Assembly: GCA_002189035.1 (NCBI GenBank)
Contig: NEEC01000011.1
Span: forward strand, 310,001-374,000
Direction: 5' to 3'
Origin: Utricularia gibba
Taxonomy: Eukaryota > Plantae > Magnoliophyta
Length of the DNA stretch: 64,000 bases
Position 1 is the stretch's first letter, and every line of letters starts with the position of its first letter. Positions 1 to 13,523 of the stretch are shown one piece after another. A program made the position numbers and the translations under genes. Below the pieces are notes generated by a model that saw only the letters and a list, made by a program, of their open reading frames with translations, ran no database searches and was not told the origin of the DNA.

Positions 1-314
1 TGTTCCTATTCTGAACTTGCAGACTGGGGTGGCAGCAGAACAGTGCTTTTTGTCCTTCTCCGGATTTTGCGCCCTTCTTCACTTGTTCCATACGTTTGCA
101 TGTCTGATTTTCTGCTGATCTCCCGCTAAACTTACTAAAACATTAGTAACAAAAGTTGTGGACTAAATCAAAGGATTTAGTCCACTTTTTAGCATAATCA
201 CACAAAATTAACATAAACACCACTAAAACATTAAAAACCATATTTATCTAACTCAAACCATAATAAAATATAGCTATTTTATGTTATAAATTTCAGGAAA
301 AATGTGTGCTATCA
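1..314 (-). mobile_element. Partial LTR, family A (Athila-like Ty3/gypsy), running off the window start
   Basis: Ends ...AATGTGTGCTATCA at 314 (TGATAGCAC start on minus). Bases 1-170 are similar to 38340-38507. Copia LTR sequence resumes immediately at 315. Confidence 0.6.
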
Positions 315-1352
315 GTCATCTTTAAGTGGAATAAGTTTCATGAAGAAACTATTCTATCATTTATGCTGAAATGTTATGTGGTTGAGTATAAATAGGTGAT
401 CATCTCATTGTAAAGTTTGGAACATCATTTCCTGTAAAACAAGTTCATCACAATTGACGCACTGTGTGAAGTTGGGTTAAAACTGAGTTCAAATGATCCC
501 TCTGCAAGAGTGAATGTGACTGAATATAAGAGCTTGGTAGGTTCTTTATGCTACATTATGAGCACCAGAACTGATATCTTGTTTGTAGTGGGCTTAGTTT
601 GCAGTTTCATGGAGCAATAGAGAGAAATCCACCTCAAAGCTGCTAAAAGAATTCTACGATATTTAAAGGGGACAGTTGATGTTGGAGTGTGGTATAAAAG
701 GGCTGATTCATTTGATCTTATAGGCTATAGTGATAGTGATTGGGCAGGCAATATTGATGATTCAAAGATTACCATGAGATTTACATTCATGCTTGGTGAA
801 TCTACGATTGTGTGTAGCTCTAAAAAAAACAACACATTGTGACTCCATCCTCATGTGAGGTAGAATATGTGGCTGCGAATTCTATTGTTTCTCATGCTCT
901 TTAGTTAATCTTCATGCCGGAGACTCTCAAGTTTCACATGAAAGAGCCAATCAAAATTGGCATAGGTAGCAAGTCAGCAATTGCTCTCAGAAAGAACCCA
1001 GCATTTCATCAAAGAAGTAAACACATCAGTATAAGGTTCCACTTCATCCGAGAATGTGTGAAGGATCAACGTGTGGAGCTGTTCTTTGTCAAGACAGAAG
1101 ATAGCGTTGCTGATGTATTCACAAAACCTTTGAAAGCACAGTCTTTCATTTGGTTTCACAATGTGCTTGGAGTGAAGAAGTGTCCAGCTTAGGGGGGAGT
1201 ATTTGAGATTGTTAAGTATCATTTTCTTACTATGTTTTAGGTTATTTTTATGCCTAAATGTGATTAAAGTTGTTTAGATAGGAGTCTATAATATAAGATT
1301 TAGGTTTTTATCTAGATTAGAGTAATTATTCTAAATCTTGTATTTTAACTAA
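315..1352 (+). mobile_element. Internally deleted Ty1/copia copy 1 (LTR piece fused to RT end/RNaseH, PPT, start of 3' LTR)
   Basis: 315-455 matches the LTR at about 6968-7106; 449-602 matches RT 10286-10440; 603-1290 matches 11939-12620. RNaseH motifs (SDWAG; HQRSKHISIRFHFIRE; ADVFTKPL). Polypurine tract AGGGGGGAG at 1191-1199. Confidence 0.9.
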
Positions 1353-2540
1353 TGTTTTGTGACGTTTCCTAACAAATTTTAAATATGTAAAATGTAGAAC
1401 AAAAAAAAGCGTAGTACGAGTATCGAACTCAAGCAGTTGAGTTTTACGAAAAGTGTTTTGTAGAAAACTTTCACAAATTGTCACGGATTTGTAAAAGAGG
1501 GTTTTTGAAGTACAAGAAATAAAGGTACAACCTAAGTAGTGGACCTAGACTACGGGTTGTAGTTCCTGGAAAGTGGACTCCGTTTCCTCATTTTGTCTAT
1601 CCTTGCCTCAACTTTCATTGATTCCTTCTGAATAGCTAGTTATAGGAGCAAGGAATAGCCTACTCTCCCTTACACTCTAATTGACAAGGAGGCACGGGAA
1701 TAGCCTCATGTGATTCCTCCTTGGATGATTAAGTAGACAAGAGGATTGCCGTCGATTGCCTTCAAAACTGAATTGCACGCGTGTGCCCAGTTGTTGCCAA
1801 TGACCAGTGGCAAGTACGAGGTCACTAATCGTCCACTGTTGCGATACCTCAGCCACAAACAATTTGCAACTTCCCTTGAACCAGTAGGTTTGGAGTTGGT
1901 GCTCTTCACTTTGATCTTCATCAAAACTCGCGAGGAGTGGCCTGCTACTCATGGACCGTGACTAAGAGTCGTTACAAAAGGACTGCAACAAGACGCGTGG
2001 AAGTATGCAAAATCCGGAGTGAATTCAGTGAAAAAACAAGTTTAGTGCTCAAGACTTGGAAGGAAGACTTGGAAGGAAACTTCATCTACTCCCATAAACT
2101 AAGAGAGTTTAACCACAAAGGGTCATGAAAATAGAAACGAATATGAAAGCTATGGTGTTCTTCCTCCTTGGAGGAGAGAAAGAAGCCAAAAGTTCTAAGT
2201 CTCAAAAGAAAATGTCAAAAGTTGAGAAGTTCAAAAATAAGTATTTCAATTTGATTTTATATCACTCCTCATGTGCATTAACTTTCCCTTGCATGCAAGT
2301 TAGTGCCCAATCATTTCTGCAGATTCTGGTATGTCATAAGTCAGGGGCCTTGACTAGTATCAATTTTCCGCTCACAATTGTTCCAAGTTGCGTGCAAGGC
2401 ATGAAAAGTCAGAGTCTGACCCCCTGCAACACTCGTGCAACACTCCATGACATATTTCGGTCAAAGTACACAAAAAAGACAAAGAAAATATATACAAAAT
2501 ATAAAATAAGATTATTCTAAAAAAATCGGGTGACTTAACA
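1353..2540. mobile_element. LTR-like repeat, family E (probable solo LTR)
   Basis: Begins TGTTTTGTGACG and ends TTAACA. Related inverted fragments lie at 13120-13224 and 35640-35962. No clean TSD. Confidence 0.55.
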
Positions 2541-2569
2541 CTAGATTAACACATAATAATACATAATAA

Positions 2570-3714
2570 TGATAGTGATTCTGCAAGTGCACAGAAACCG
2601 TCGAAGTAATAAAATAAGATCGTATCCACAGAGAATTATTATTGGAATATTCTTTTCAAACAAAGATTCAAAAAGACCGAAAACAAAAGAAAGATTTGGT
2701 TTTGAAAACAATAAGATTTGTATGTGTGCAAACCTTGAGAACTGACCTACTTGCGCAAGCCTTGGGGTGCTATGCTAAAATAGTGCTATTCGGTGACCGT
2801 TATAGCACCGTTCCTTGTTTTGTGGGATTACGGAATCAACTACGCCACCAGAGCCATTTCACCTCTTGTGATAACCCGTGTTTTCCTCACACCCAAATCT
2901 AACCCCTACACCTCTCACCTCGCAAACAGATTAGACAGAATGTGCCTTACCAACGATGTCCGATTGAGCCCTTCTCCTTAGGTGATTGAGGCCAACATTT
3001 GATTCTCCCACACTTCCTTAGGGCTATATGGTACTAAAGATCACGTTGGTAAAGAAAACGTTTCGAAAAAAAGAATCAGACCTCAAATTAAATGCTGAAA
3101 AATATGGTAAGACAGTCACCCGTGCAGAACTTGCGCAAGCAAGGCTTCACAACAGATCCTCAACCGCAAGCGCTCACATGCGCATGCTTGACTCTAAAAA
3201 AATAAAGTTGATGAAAAACGAAAGGGAAGACATCCAAAACATGCTAGACTCGACTCTAAACCCTAATTTGACTCTCTGGTCGTCCACCACTTGACTTCTT
3301 CAAGTCTTCACGTTTGGATCTTTATATAATGGTGGGGATTTGTCGGGCTTTCTTGATGGGCTCACATCAAATCTTCTATCCGAATCTTTTAAAATTTGAT
3401 ACAAATCTTCTAGGATGAGATCTGATGTCTCCAAGATAAGATGCGAATCTTATCTTATCCGAGAATCTTTGACCGAGTTTTCATCCAGATAGACCGAATC
3501 TTTGCTTCCATCAAAGTGGCTCGAAAATCCCCCAAATTATTCCAAATTCGTCCTAAAAAATCACAAAACACACTTTCCCTCTAAAAAGATCAAAGTGGTA
3601 TGAAAGATATAAAATTCTTCTAAAAACATAAGGAAAATGGGATAAAAAGAATGCAAAACTCATCTAAGAGAGTCCTAAAAAGCACAAATATAAGTGACAC
3701 AAAATCACTTATCA
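2570..3714 (-). mobile_element. Solo LTR, family B (Athila-like Ty3/gypsy)
   Basis: TG...CA termini with a perfect 5-bp TSD AATAA (2565-2569 and 3715-3719). Homologous to 55292-56485 (inverted) and to the PBS-adjacent LTR at 63684-64000. Confidence 0.9.
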
Positions 3715-3719
3715 AATAA

Positions 3720-4935
3720 TTAACTAAAAAATGACAAAATATTTTTGCTAGTTTTGTTTAAGTTTTTTTAGAGGCGAACATGAGGCAATAAGTGAGAGAA
3801 ATAAGGTAGTAGATGGTGACAAAAGAGATCTTCCCGAATTAACATCTCCTTGATTTTCGGAAGATTGCAGATGTCTAATCATGAGCATTGACGTGCGGTA
3901 CACGTGAGTCTTTGATAGATGCAATCATTAGCATACCAATATCAGAGCAGACAATTTCTTGCAAGTCACTCCAATAAAAAAAAACTAGAGGAACACGAAA
4001 ATTCAGTTTAGTTCTGTTTGGGGAAAGAATTCACTTTTCTAGTTTTCGTTTAGATTTTATTTTTCTCTATAGATGATTTTTCCTCTAGCTTCTCTCTAGC
4101 TTCTCTCTAGCATCTGCTTTCATTTTTCCTCTAGCTTCGCGGCTAGAGACTTCCATTTATGGGTTGGGATACTCCCATATCTAGTTTCATTAGTTAATCT
4201 TCATTTCTTTTATGAATCCGATCGGGTTCCGTATGTCTTCACGCGACTATATTACAGTCTTTCTGTAACAGTTCTCTTATTCAAGATTCATGATTAGCTG
4301 ATCACTACCAACGAGTTTTAAAGAGGAGTAAGATGGAAAGTACCAACTCATGCCCTTTTGGTAGGAGGAAAACAATTTCGTCTGTGGCCGTGCCTCAAGA
4401 TCAATCAACAGATAGTGACCTCATATCTAGACTCATTAGATCATTGGCAACACTCAGGTATATGTGTGCAATTCGACCGTGAGAGTACGTTGGTAGGATC
4501 TCTTATCTTCACGTTTGTCCAAGAAGGAGCAACATCGGACTATTCCCGTGCCTTCTTGCAAGAGAGTGTAAGGGATGGTAGGGAATTCTTTACGATTATA
4601 ACCGAGTACTCGAGAAGATCAAAGAAGAGTGGAGACAGGACGAACGTAGTTGGGCAGGATTCCAAACTCAAGAATGTTTGCTTTAATTAAGGTTCATCGC
4701 TTACGTTTATTTCTATTGTTTGTTTACAACCCCCTTACTTCCTTACTCAAGTTTCATCATTTACGTTTCTCGCACTTTTTACTTCCCAACTCGTTTACAA
4801 ATTGTAGCAATTGTATTCGGTGTAACTTCACCTTTCATTGAAAAATAACTCCCTATGTTCGACATCCATACTACGCATTTGAGTTTTAGGAGTTTTAAAA
4901 ATCTTTAAAATTTGTTGTGGAAACAACATGCATCA
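3720..4935 (+). mobile_element. LTR-like repeat (Athila-type 3' end), left boundary unresolved
   Basis: Ends ...CCCTATGTTCGACATCC...AACATGCATCA at 4935, after which copia LTR sequence resumes. Confidence 0.5.
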
Positions 4936-5229
4936 GAGATCACGATGAAGCATTTAACACCTGGGTATGAACGGAAGAAGTCATTGCTTGCAACGGATGA
5001 AGATCCATAACCATCATCTTTAAGTGGAATAAGTTTCATGAAGAAATCGTTCTGTCATTTACGTTGAAATTTTATGTGTTTGAGTATAAAGAGGTGATCA
5101 TGTCATTGTAAAGTTTGGAATATTGTTTGATGAAAAACAAGTTCATCACAATTTTAGTTCCTCTACTTTCCTTTGTTTTCTTCTTCATTTACGTAGCAAA
5201 TTGTAATACACACGTTGGGGTTCCATTAG
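4936..5229 (+). mobile_element. 3' half of the copia LTR (probable continuation of the copy-1 3' LTR after nested insertions)
   Basis: Near-copy of 6890-7181; ends GGGGTTCCATTA versus GGGGTTCCATCA. Confidence 0.75.
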
Positions 5230-6879
5230 GAAAAGCATTCTGGGGGAAGAAAATGAAAGAAAGTATGAAGAATCTACTATCAAATAAGTGGGTGAGATGT
5301 TTGAGCAGTTGTGAAGTTCAATTTGATGTGAGTTGTGTAGTTATGATAAAATCATGAAACTTTAGAAATATAAAAGAGACATATTGAAAGGTTTTAGTTT
5401 TGCAAGAAGTGGATTTGGTTGAAGGTAACTAGGATGATGGATTTTGAAATTTTACTCTATTTTATGTGTAAACATGTATTTATGTGATTGTTTTATGTTT
5501 CATGATTTTTTTATGCTAATCAATTGTGATTCTTGAAATTTGATAAACATGAATTTTGTAACCCTTTTAAAATTTTTTACGTTTCAAAAAGAAATTCTTA
5601 GTATGGAAATAGAAGTAGAAATTATGAATTTGCTTTAAGAACCACTTAAAATTTTCGGATACTAGACATTATTTTTCTTAGTCCATATTTTTAAATTTAT
5701 AACTCTATATTGGTGCTTGGATTTTGGTTATTCTTTTGACTATAGGCCCTACTCCTCACTCTCAAATAAGATATTCTTGGTTATTTTTAAATAAGGATAG
5801 GCCCATTAAATATGATCTTATTTACATGACTATTGTGTTGTGTGTATCGATTGAAGTGCAAGGTGATTTTTCAAAGTAGAAATATTGTGAGGGAGTTTTA
5901 GACACATAGTTTATTTTTTCAAGCATGCTTTAAAGCACTCATTTTCTTATTTCATGAGATTAAAGCTAAAAGAACCTCTTGACCGTAGTTTCTGAGGTAG
6001 AGGACAAACTTACTAAAATTAAAAAAAGCGCAATCATGAATGTAAATGGCCACATAACTAAATGTGAATTGTTGTTTTCTACATTTATTATACATTTTTA
6101 GGTTTTAGGTTTTAAGATTGAGTCACCTAAATAGGAATTAATTTCAATGTTGTTGAATTTTTATTATTAAATGCTATTATTTTGTATTTATGTTTTTCCT
6201 ATTGTATTTTTCTCAATCATTTTGTGAAAATTTCAATTAGACATCGGGCTAAGTGTCACAGTAGCTAAACAAATAAAAAAGAAGGCCTATTCTACTTGTA
6301 AACAAGATCTATAGTGACTAGGCAATATGGGCAGCTCTTAGCTACCTACCTCTTCCTCCAACTGTTGTTCTCTTGGAGCATTGGTCTTTGGCTTAGCCAC
6401 ATAGCTAGCCATCTTGTAGCTCACCATTGTGGCCTCTTGGACCAACATCTGGTTGAGCTCTACCAGATCATTGGCCTAGGCATATTTGCCATTCTCCCCA
6501 ACTTTTCATTCTCAAGTGCTATTGCTAAATGCACTCAATACATGCTTTGTTATGCGTTTTCATGGAGATTTTGTACAATAAGCTCGAGGTGGATGCCAAG
6601 TTGAAGGCTACAATCATGGCCTCAAAGTCATAGACTAAAGTTAAAATGAAGCGATAGTTAAGTGCTAACTTTCAAGTGATAAACAAAAATTTTTGAATAT
6701 CCTTGTAATAAAATTAAATTTTCATATCAAATAAATTTGTAAGCCTTAATCCTCACAAAATGTAAAGTAGAATTCCAGATTAATCAATAAGTAGTTAGTG
6801 TTTGCAATGTATTTTTTTCGTGATGCAAAATTCGGAAAAAAACAAGCTTTAGTGAGATTAGAAAGAGAATAAATGTGAA

Positions 6880-9800
6880 GAAAATATTGGAGATCAAGCT
6901 GGAGCATTGACACCTGGGTATGAACGAAAGAAGTCATTGCTTGCAATGGATGAAGATCTATAACCTTCATCTTTAAGTGGAATAAGTTTCATGAAGAAAC
7001 TATTCTATCATTTATGCTGAAATGTTATGTGGTTGAGTATAAATAGGTGATCATGTCATTGTAAAGTTTGGAACATCATTTGATGTAAAACAAGTTCATC
7101 ACAATTTTAGTTCCCCTATTTTCTTCTGTTTTTTTCTTCATTTACATAGCAAATTGTAATCTGCACGTTGGGGTTCCATCAAATTGATATCAAAGGAGGT
7201 TTCCATCAATGAAGACAATGGCCAACAATGGGAATCTAGGTCGATCGGGATCTTTTCCAATCCCCGTGTTAACGAAGGAGAATTTTGACAATTGGAAAAC
7301 CTGTAAGCAAACCATCTTTGGGGCAAATGAAGTCTGTGAGGTAGTACAAACTGGAGTAACAGCCACCTCAAATGCAGAAACCTTGAAAAGGGATAAGAAG
7401 GTCTTATCCATTATGCACCAAGCTTTAAATGAGAAGTTTTTTTGAGAAGGTTGCATAGGCAGCATCTTCCAAACAAGCTTGGAATTCATTCACTGCTGGA
7501 TTTCAAGGAGCAGACTGGGTGAAAAAGGTGACAGAGTTTAAAGGGCTTCAACAAAAGGTTGGTGAGAGCATCAATGACTATGTTATCAAGGTTCAGGGAG
7601 TGACAAACCAGATGAAATGATTAAGAGAGACAATGATAAAATAACAAATTGTGGTCCTTAGATAAGAAATTTTTGTTCGTTGTTTTTTCTATTGAAGAGG
7701 CTCACGATTTGGCTATTATGATAGTTGATGAGCTAACAGAATCTCTACAGGCATATGAAGAAAGATTAAAGGATGATGATGAGCGTTCATCAACAAAACT
7801 GCTATAGGTAAATGCCATAGAATCTGGAAGGGGTAATAAAAACCCAAATAGCAATCGCGGTAATAAAGGACGTGGACATGGATGAGGAAGAGGATTTGGT
7901 TGGAACAGCTCATCTAGAAACGACCAAGGTAGAGAAACCTCATCATACTCTCAAGGGCGATCCAATCAATGGAGGGGTCATAGTGGCAGAGGTAGTAGTA
8001 GACGCACTAATAATAATACATCAGGAAATGATTCCAAGAAAAAAAAGGCTAGTGTGAAGTGTTATACCTGCCATAGAATGGGGCATTATTCTTGGGAGTG
8101 CTGCCAAGAAAGACAAGAACAAAGCAACCTGACTAAAGAAGTGGAGAGTGAGTCAAAATTGAGTGAAGGCTCACCCATTTTACTGATGGCCAAAGAAGAA
8201 GAACAGAAGGATTCGAGCATTTGGTATCTCGACTCTAGCACCACTAATCACGTGTGGTCAATGAAATTCCTTTTCAACTATCCAAGAGGACTGTTTCTCA
8301 AAAGGGGTATGATTTCCACACAAAGAATAGAGCCTTAACTATGACTGATCCAGATGGATGGCTGGTGTTTAGAGTCAAGATGCAATCCAATAGGATGTTT
8401 CCAATAGATCTTCAAGTTGTTACTTTTTTGTGTTTAAAAGCTTGTTTTTAGCAGGGAGATTGGACTTGGCACATGAGATTTGGCCATGTTAACTTTGATA
8501 GATTGAAGATGATGAGCCAAAAGAAAATAGTCAAAGGTCTTCCTCAGACTAGCAATCTGAATGCAGCTTGTAAAGGCTGCGTTTTTTGTAAGCAAACTAG
8601 GTCAGAAATACCTAAGACCAGAGAATTTCATGCAAACGAACCACTGAAGCTTATTCACAGCGATGAATGTGGTCCTATTAAGCCTGAAACATTGGGAGGA
8701 AATAAATATTTCGTATTGTTCAAAATTCGACTACAATAGGAAGTGCTGGATATATCTTCTAAAATTCAAAACTAATGTCTTTCAGATTTTTTGTGAATTT
8801 CAAGCAATGGTAGAGAGGCAAGTTGGACTCCCTACCAAGCGTCTTAGGACTGATCAAGGAGGAGAATATACTCCAACTCAGTTTCATGAATTTTGTAAGA
8901 ATTCAGGCATTCACCATGAATTTTCTACTGAAGAACTCCTCAGAAAAATGGGGTTGTAGATAGGAAAAATAGGACCATTTTAAACATGTTAAGAAGTCTC
9001 CTAAAGACAAAAAAACATGCCTAAGGAGTTTTGAGGAGAGGTAGCTATGGTTGCCATCTACATTCTAAACATGAGAATTTTTGGATCCTTGGCCTATGCT
9101 CACGTACATGATTCCTTACGAGGTAAATTGGATAAAAAGTTCAAAAAAATTGTTTTCTTGGGATATGATCAGTCTTCGAAACAATATAAATTATTTGACC
9201 CCATTGAGAAGAAAATACATTTGAGTCAAGATGTGGTATTTAACAAGGCTGAAAGTTGGGACTGGAAATCCCTAGATCATTAGTATGATTTTGTTGATCA
9301 CTCTTTATTTAATGATGAAATCGAGGCAATATTGATGGTTCCAGTTGAACAAGTGGAAACAGCCCTTGCCTCTACCAAAGAAACACGAGTAAGGAGGCTG
9401 TCAAGGCATCTAAAAGATTTTATAGTTGATCTCCCTGGACAAACCCATGAATTCTTCCAAGAAGTCAGTAATTTTAGTCACTTCTACCTGTTTGTTGATA
9501 CTAAGCCTTTTGACTTTTATGAAGCAATTAAGATTCCTGAGTGGCAGCAAGCAATGAAGGCAGAGATTCAATCCATAGAAAGGAACAACATGTGGAGTCT
9601 AGTGGAAAGGCCAGCAGATAAATCAATGATCGGTGTCAATTGGTTGTACAAAATAAAACGTAAGGCAAATGGAAAGATTGATAGATTCAAAGCTTGTTTA
9701 GTTTCCAAAGGATACAAGCAGCAAGAAGGGATAGATTACGATCAAGTTTTTGCACCAATAGCTCGGATGGAGATAGTCAGATTTTTCATTGCTTTTGCTG

Positions 9801-12620
9801 CTCAATTTGGATGGAAGTTGTGACAAATGGATGTTAAAACGGCTTTCTTGAATGGAATACTAGAGAAAGAGGTATATGTTGAACAACCACTCAGTTTTGT
9901 GTAAGCAAGAAATAAGAACAAGATATTAAGATTGCATAAGGCATTGTATGGCCTTAAACAAGCTCTACGAGCTTGGAATAACATGATTGATGCATATCTC
10001 AAGGCTAAATGATTCAACCAATGCCCTCATGAATATTCTCTTTATGTATATGGTCTTGTCGTTGCTGGTTGTTTTGATTTATGTGGATGATCTTCTTGTG
10101 ATAGGTAGCACTGCTGCTGAGATCAACCGATTTAAGGAAGAGATGTGCAAAGCATTTGATATGATTAAATCTGGCTTGTTACACTATTATTTGGGAATCG
10201 AAATTCAACAAGCAGATAGGATTTTCCTTTCCCAAACAGGTTTCATTAACAAGGTCCCGAAAAGGTTTCAAATGGATCAATGCAACACAATTGACACACT
10301 GTGTGAAGTTGGGGTAAAACTGAGTTCAAATGATCCCTCTGCAGGAGTGAATGTGACTGAATATAAGAGTTTGGTAGGTTCTTTATGCTACATTATGAGC
10401 ACCATGACTGATATCTTGTTTGTAGTTGGCTTAGTTTGTAGTTGTTGGGTTTCTCGTAGATATTGAATGTCAAAAAAGCAGTGGAGTTTAAAATTTTTCG
10501 AGAAACCTCCAATGCAGATCTTGGAATACTGTATACATCAGACAAAGAGATGCTGAAAATACCTTTCAGATGACTCCGTTGTTCACAAACCGCCAATAGC
10601 AAACGGCCTCTATGGTATCCACACGTAGAGCACTCCGTCGATAACATTCTCAAGCTGTAGAATGCTGGTCGAATTCCTCAGATGCTAGTAGAGAAAATCG
10701 CCTTTTTGTGGATCAATCTCAGAGAACACGAAGATGTTGGAAGATCTGTAGATCTAAATCTTTTGATAGATATTTGGCAACATATCAAATCATATCTCCG
10801 TAAAGATTTTATCTTGTGGAGATATGTATATGTTCCAAATCTTATCTATATAAGATCTTTCATTTTGAGTTTAATCAACATTAATTTCAAAATAACTCTC
10901 TATTTAATTTACCACTTTACCAATTACATTTCATGTAATTGTGTCATTCTATTTTATATCAATGAGTGACTCCACTATTGTGTGTGACCCTATAAGCTTC
11001 TTCAATCAAAGTCGTAATAATGGATTTATTAATTAACTCTTAATTAATCAAATCCATCATTATCGATCATAAGTAATGTCTAGCAACATATCATGATCCT
11101 TAAGATTAAAGAATAATCAGGTGAACTGATTGAGCTTTTCCATGACCATCCACCATGCAATGAACAGCTTTCATCATACTTATATCTCATTCAATACCAG
11201 AACATGGGTGTGTGTCTTTCTGATGTGTCGAACTTATAATTGCATTCAAGCACTAACACTCAATGACCTACTCAAACAATTCGAGTGTCATTACTCTGGA
11301 CCCAGAACTTACTGTTAGGCTTTGATGCAATTACTTGAGATATGATCTCATCGCTAACATGAGTGATGAATCCTTTATTGATCAATCAACTATCTTCAAC
11401 CTTAAGGAGTCACATCCCTACTCATTCATACTAAGAAAGCCATGGTTAGGCTCCCATTAGTGATGAGCGAAAATATGAGCTTAAAATCAAGATAACTTTG
11501 TTGACCTCAAGTCTAAGTTTACTTGCACTATCATATTCGAGATCTTGCTACTGACACTTGGTTAGCTTCCCATAGTGGCATCTCGAAAATGAGTCATCTA
11601 GTGAATCGATTATCTAATTGACACCCACACATAGGCTCTAGTGATCTCATTATATCAATTGTGAGAACCATTGTCTAAACAGTTTAGGGAACTCAATGTG
11701 TGCCAACTTATCTGTATTTGTGATATCCTCATTTCACAAATACTCTAGTCAGGGAGTTTTTAACTTGAACATAAATGCTTGTAGAATCTCACATTATGAT
11801 CTCATCATAATTTCTATAGTACATAGATCAAGTAGAAGATTTTATCAATGATATAAATTTGATCACAATTCAAAGTAAATATTAAAAGATAAGATTTTTC
11901 AATGAGTTGATTGTCTGTAGAAGATATACACTAACAATAGTTTCATGGAGCAATAGAGAGAAATCCACCTCAAAGCTGCTAAAAGAATTCTACGATATTT
12001 AAAGGGGACAGTTGATGTTGGAGTGTGGTATAAAAGGGCTGATTCATTTGATCTTATAGGCTATAGTGATAGTGATTGGGCAGGCAATATTGATGATTCA
12101 AAGATTACCATGAGATTTACATTCATGCTTGGTGAATCTACGATTGTGTGTAGCTCTAAAAAAAACAACACATTGTGACTCCATCCTCATGTGAGGTAGA
12201 ATATGTGGCTGCGAATTCTATTGTTTCTCATGCTCTTTAGTTAATCTTCATGCCGGAGACTCTCAAGTTTCACATGAAAGAGCCAATCAAAATTGGCATA
12301 GGTAGCAAGTCAGCAATTGCTCTCAGAAAGAACCCAGCATTTCATCAAAGAAGTAAACACATCAGTATAAGGTTCCACTTCATCCGAGAATGTGTGAAGG
12401 ATCAACGTGTGGAGCTGTTCTTTGTCAAGACAGAAGATAGCATTGCTGATGTATTCACAAAACCTTTGAAAACACAGTCTTTCATTTGGTTTCACAATGT
12501 GCTTGGAGTAAAGAAGTGTCCACCTTAGGGGGAGTATTTGAGATTGTTAAGTATCATTTTCTCACTATGTTTTAGGTTATTTTTATGTTTAAATGTGATT
12601 AAAATTGTTTAGATAGGAGT
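6880..12620 (+). mobile_element. Degenerate Ty1/copia retrotransposon copy 2 (gag-PR-INT-RT-RH, many stops and frameshifts)
   Basis: 5' LTR ends at 7181; degenerate Met-tRNA PBS TGATATCAAAG at 7185. Gag PIPVLTKENFDNW, zinc knuckle CYTCHRMGHYSWEC, protease-region WYLDS, GAG-pre-integrase RFGHVNF, integrase LRTDQGGEY, RT YVDD at about 10080, RNaseH 11940-12528, PPT 12527-12534, truncated 3' LTR. Confidence 0.93.
10443..11936 (-). mobile_element. Solo LTR (1494 bp, Angela-like copia) inserted in the RT of copy 2
   Basis: TGTTGGG...CTAACA termini with a 5-bp TSD GTAGT/ATAGT. Copy 1 shows the empty site (TTTGCAGTTTCATGG at about 598-612). Lineage assignment comes only from terminal sequence resemblance. 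Confidence 0.85.
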
Positions 12621-13119
12621 CATAGCATTATTAATCTTTCTTGTATTATCTTCATTCTTCCTTGTCTCTCATGCCTCTGTTATCATCAAATCCAAATCTA
12701 AAAAAAATTATAGACTCAAATAAATTCAAACATATTGGATAATATTAAATTCAAATTTCATCTATTGATCATAACGTAATGCATTTTAGCTTTTTGTCAT
12801 GTTTTTTATTAACATCTCAAAATTGATTTTTTTCATATAACATTTACATAAATAACTTAGCTTATGTATAATATTGTTGTCATGAATAAAATAATAATAT
12901 CAATATTATTAAATAAAATGTAATAACTAATAATATTTTATAAATAAGTGCAAAATATTAATTGATTCAATCGAATTTTTTAGAAAAAAAATATTGGTTA
13001 GAACAAAATTACTCAAATAATAGAAATTTTATTATACTGTGCATATATGAACAATCTAAGAATCAATTTTAGAAATCAAATTTTTTATATTCTCTTTTGG
13101 AGTTTTAAATAATATTTTT

Positions 13120-13224
13120 ATGTAATAACATGAGATTGATATTCATACTATGCTTTTTTGTGTTCTACGTTTTATATATTTAAAATTTATTGAGAAAACG
13201 ACACGTAACATTAATTAAAATACA
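13120..13224. repeat. Fragment of LTR family E
   Basis: Reverse complement resembles 1353-1425. Confidence 0.55.
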
Positions 13225-13523
13225 AAATTTAGGATAATTACTCTAATCTAAATAAAAATCTAAATCTCATCATTAAATCAAGAGTACAAAAGAATAAAAA
13301 AATTTTAAACCAAGTATGGATCAACAAATTAGAATTGTTTAAAATAGATCAAAGAGATCTGATTTGTTAAACAATTCTAATTTGGAATGCCGCTTCAGGA
13401 TTTGAGGAGTTTTTATGGATGAGATTTGGGTTTAGATTACCCGAAAAAAACATAAGAAGCAAACGCGGAAGAAGGCAGCTTGTGCCATTTTATATACATT
13501 CCACAATTACGCATCCTGGGCAT

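Noticed and set aside
5230-6880. Purine-rich and repeat-like sequence between the copia LTRs
   Set aside because: Probably further gypsy-type debris, but no motif or boundary could be supported.
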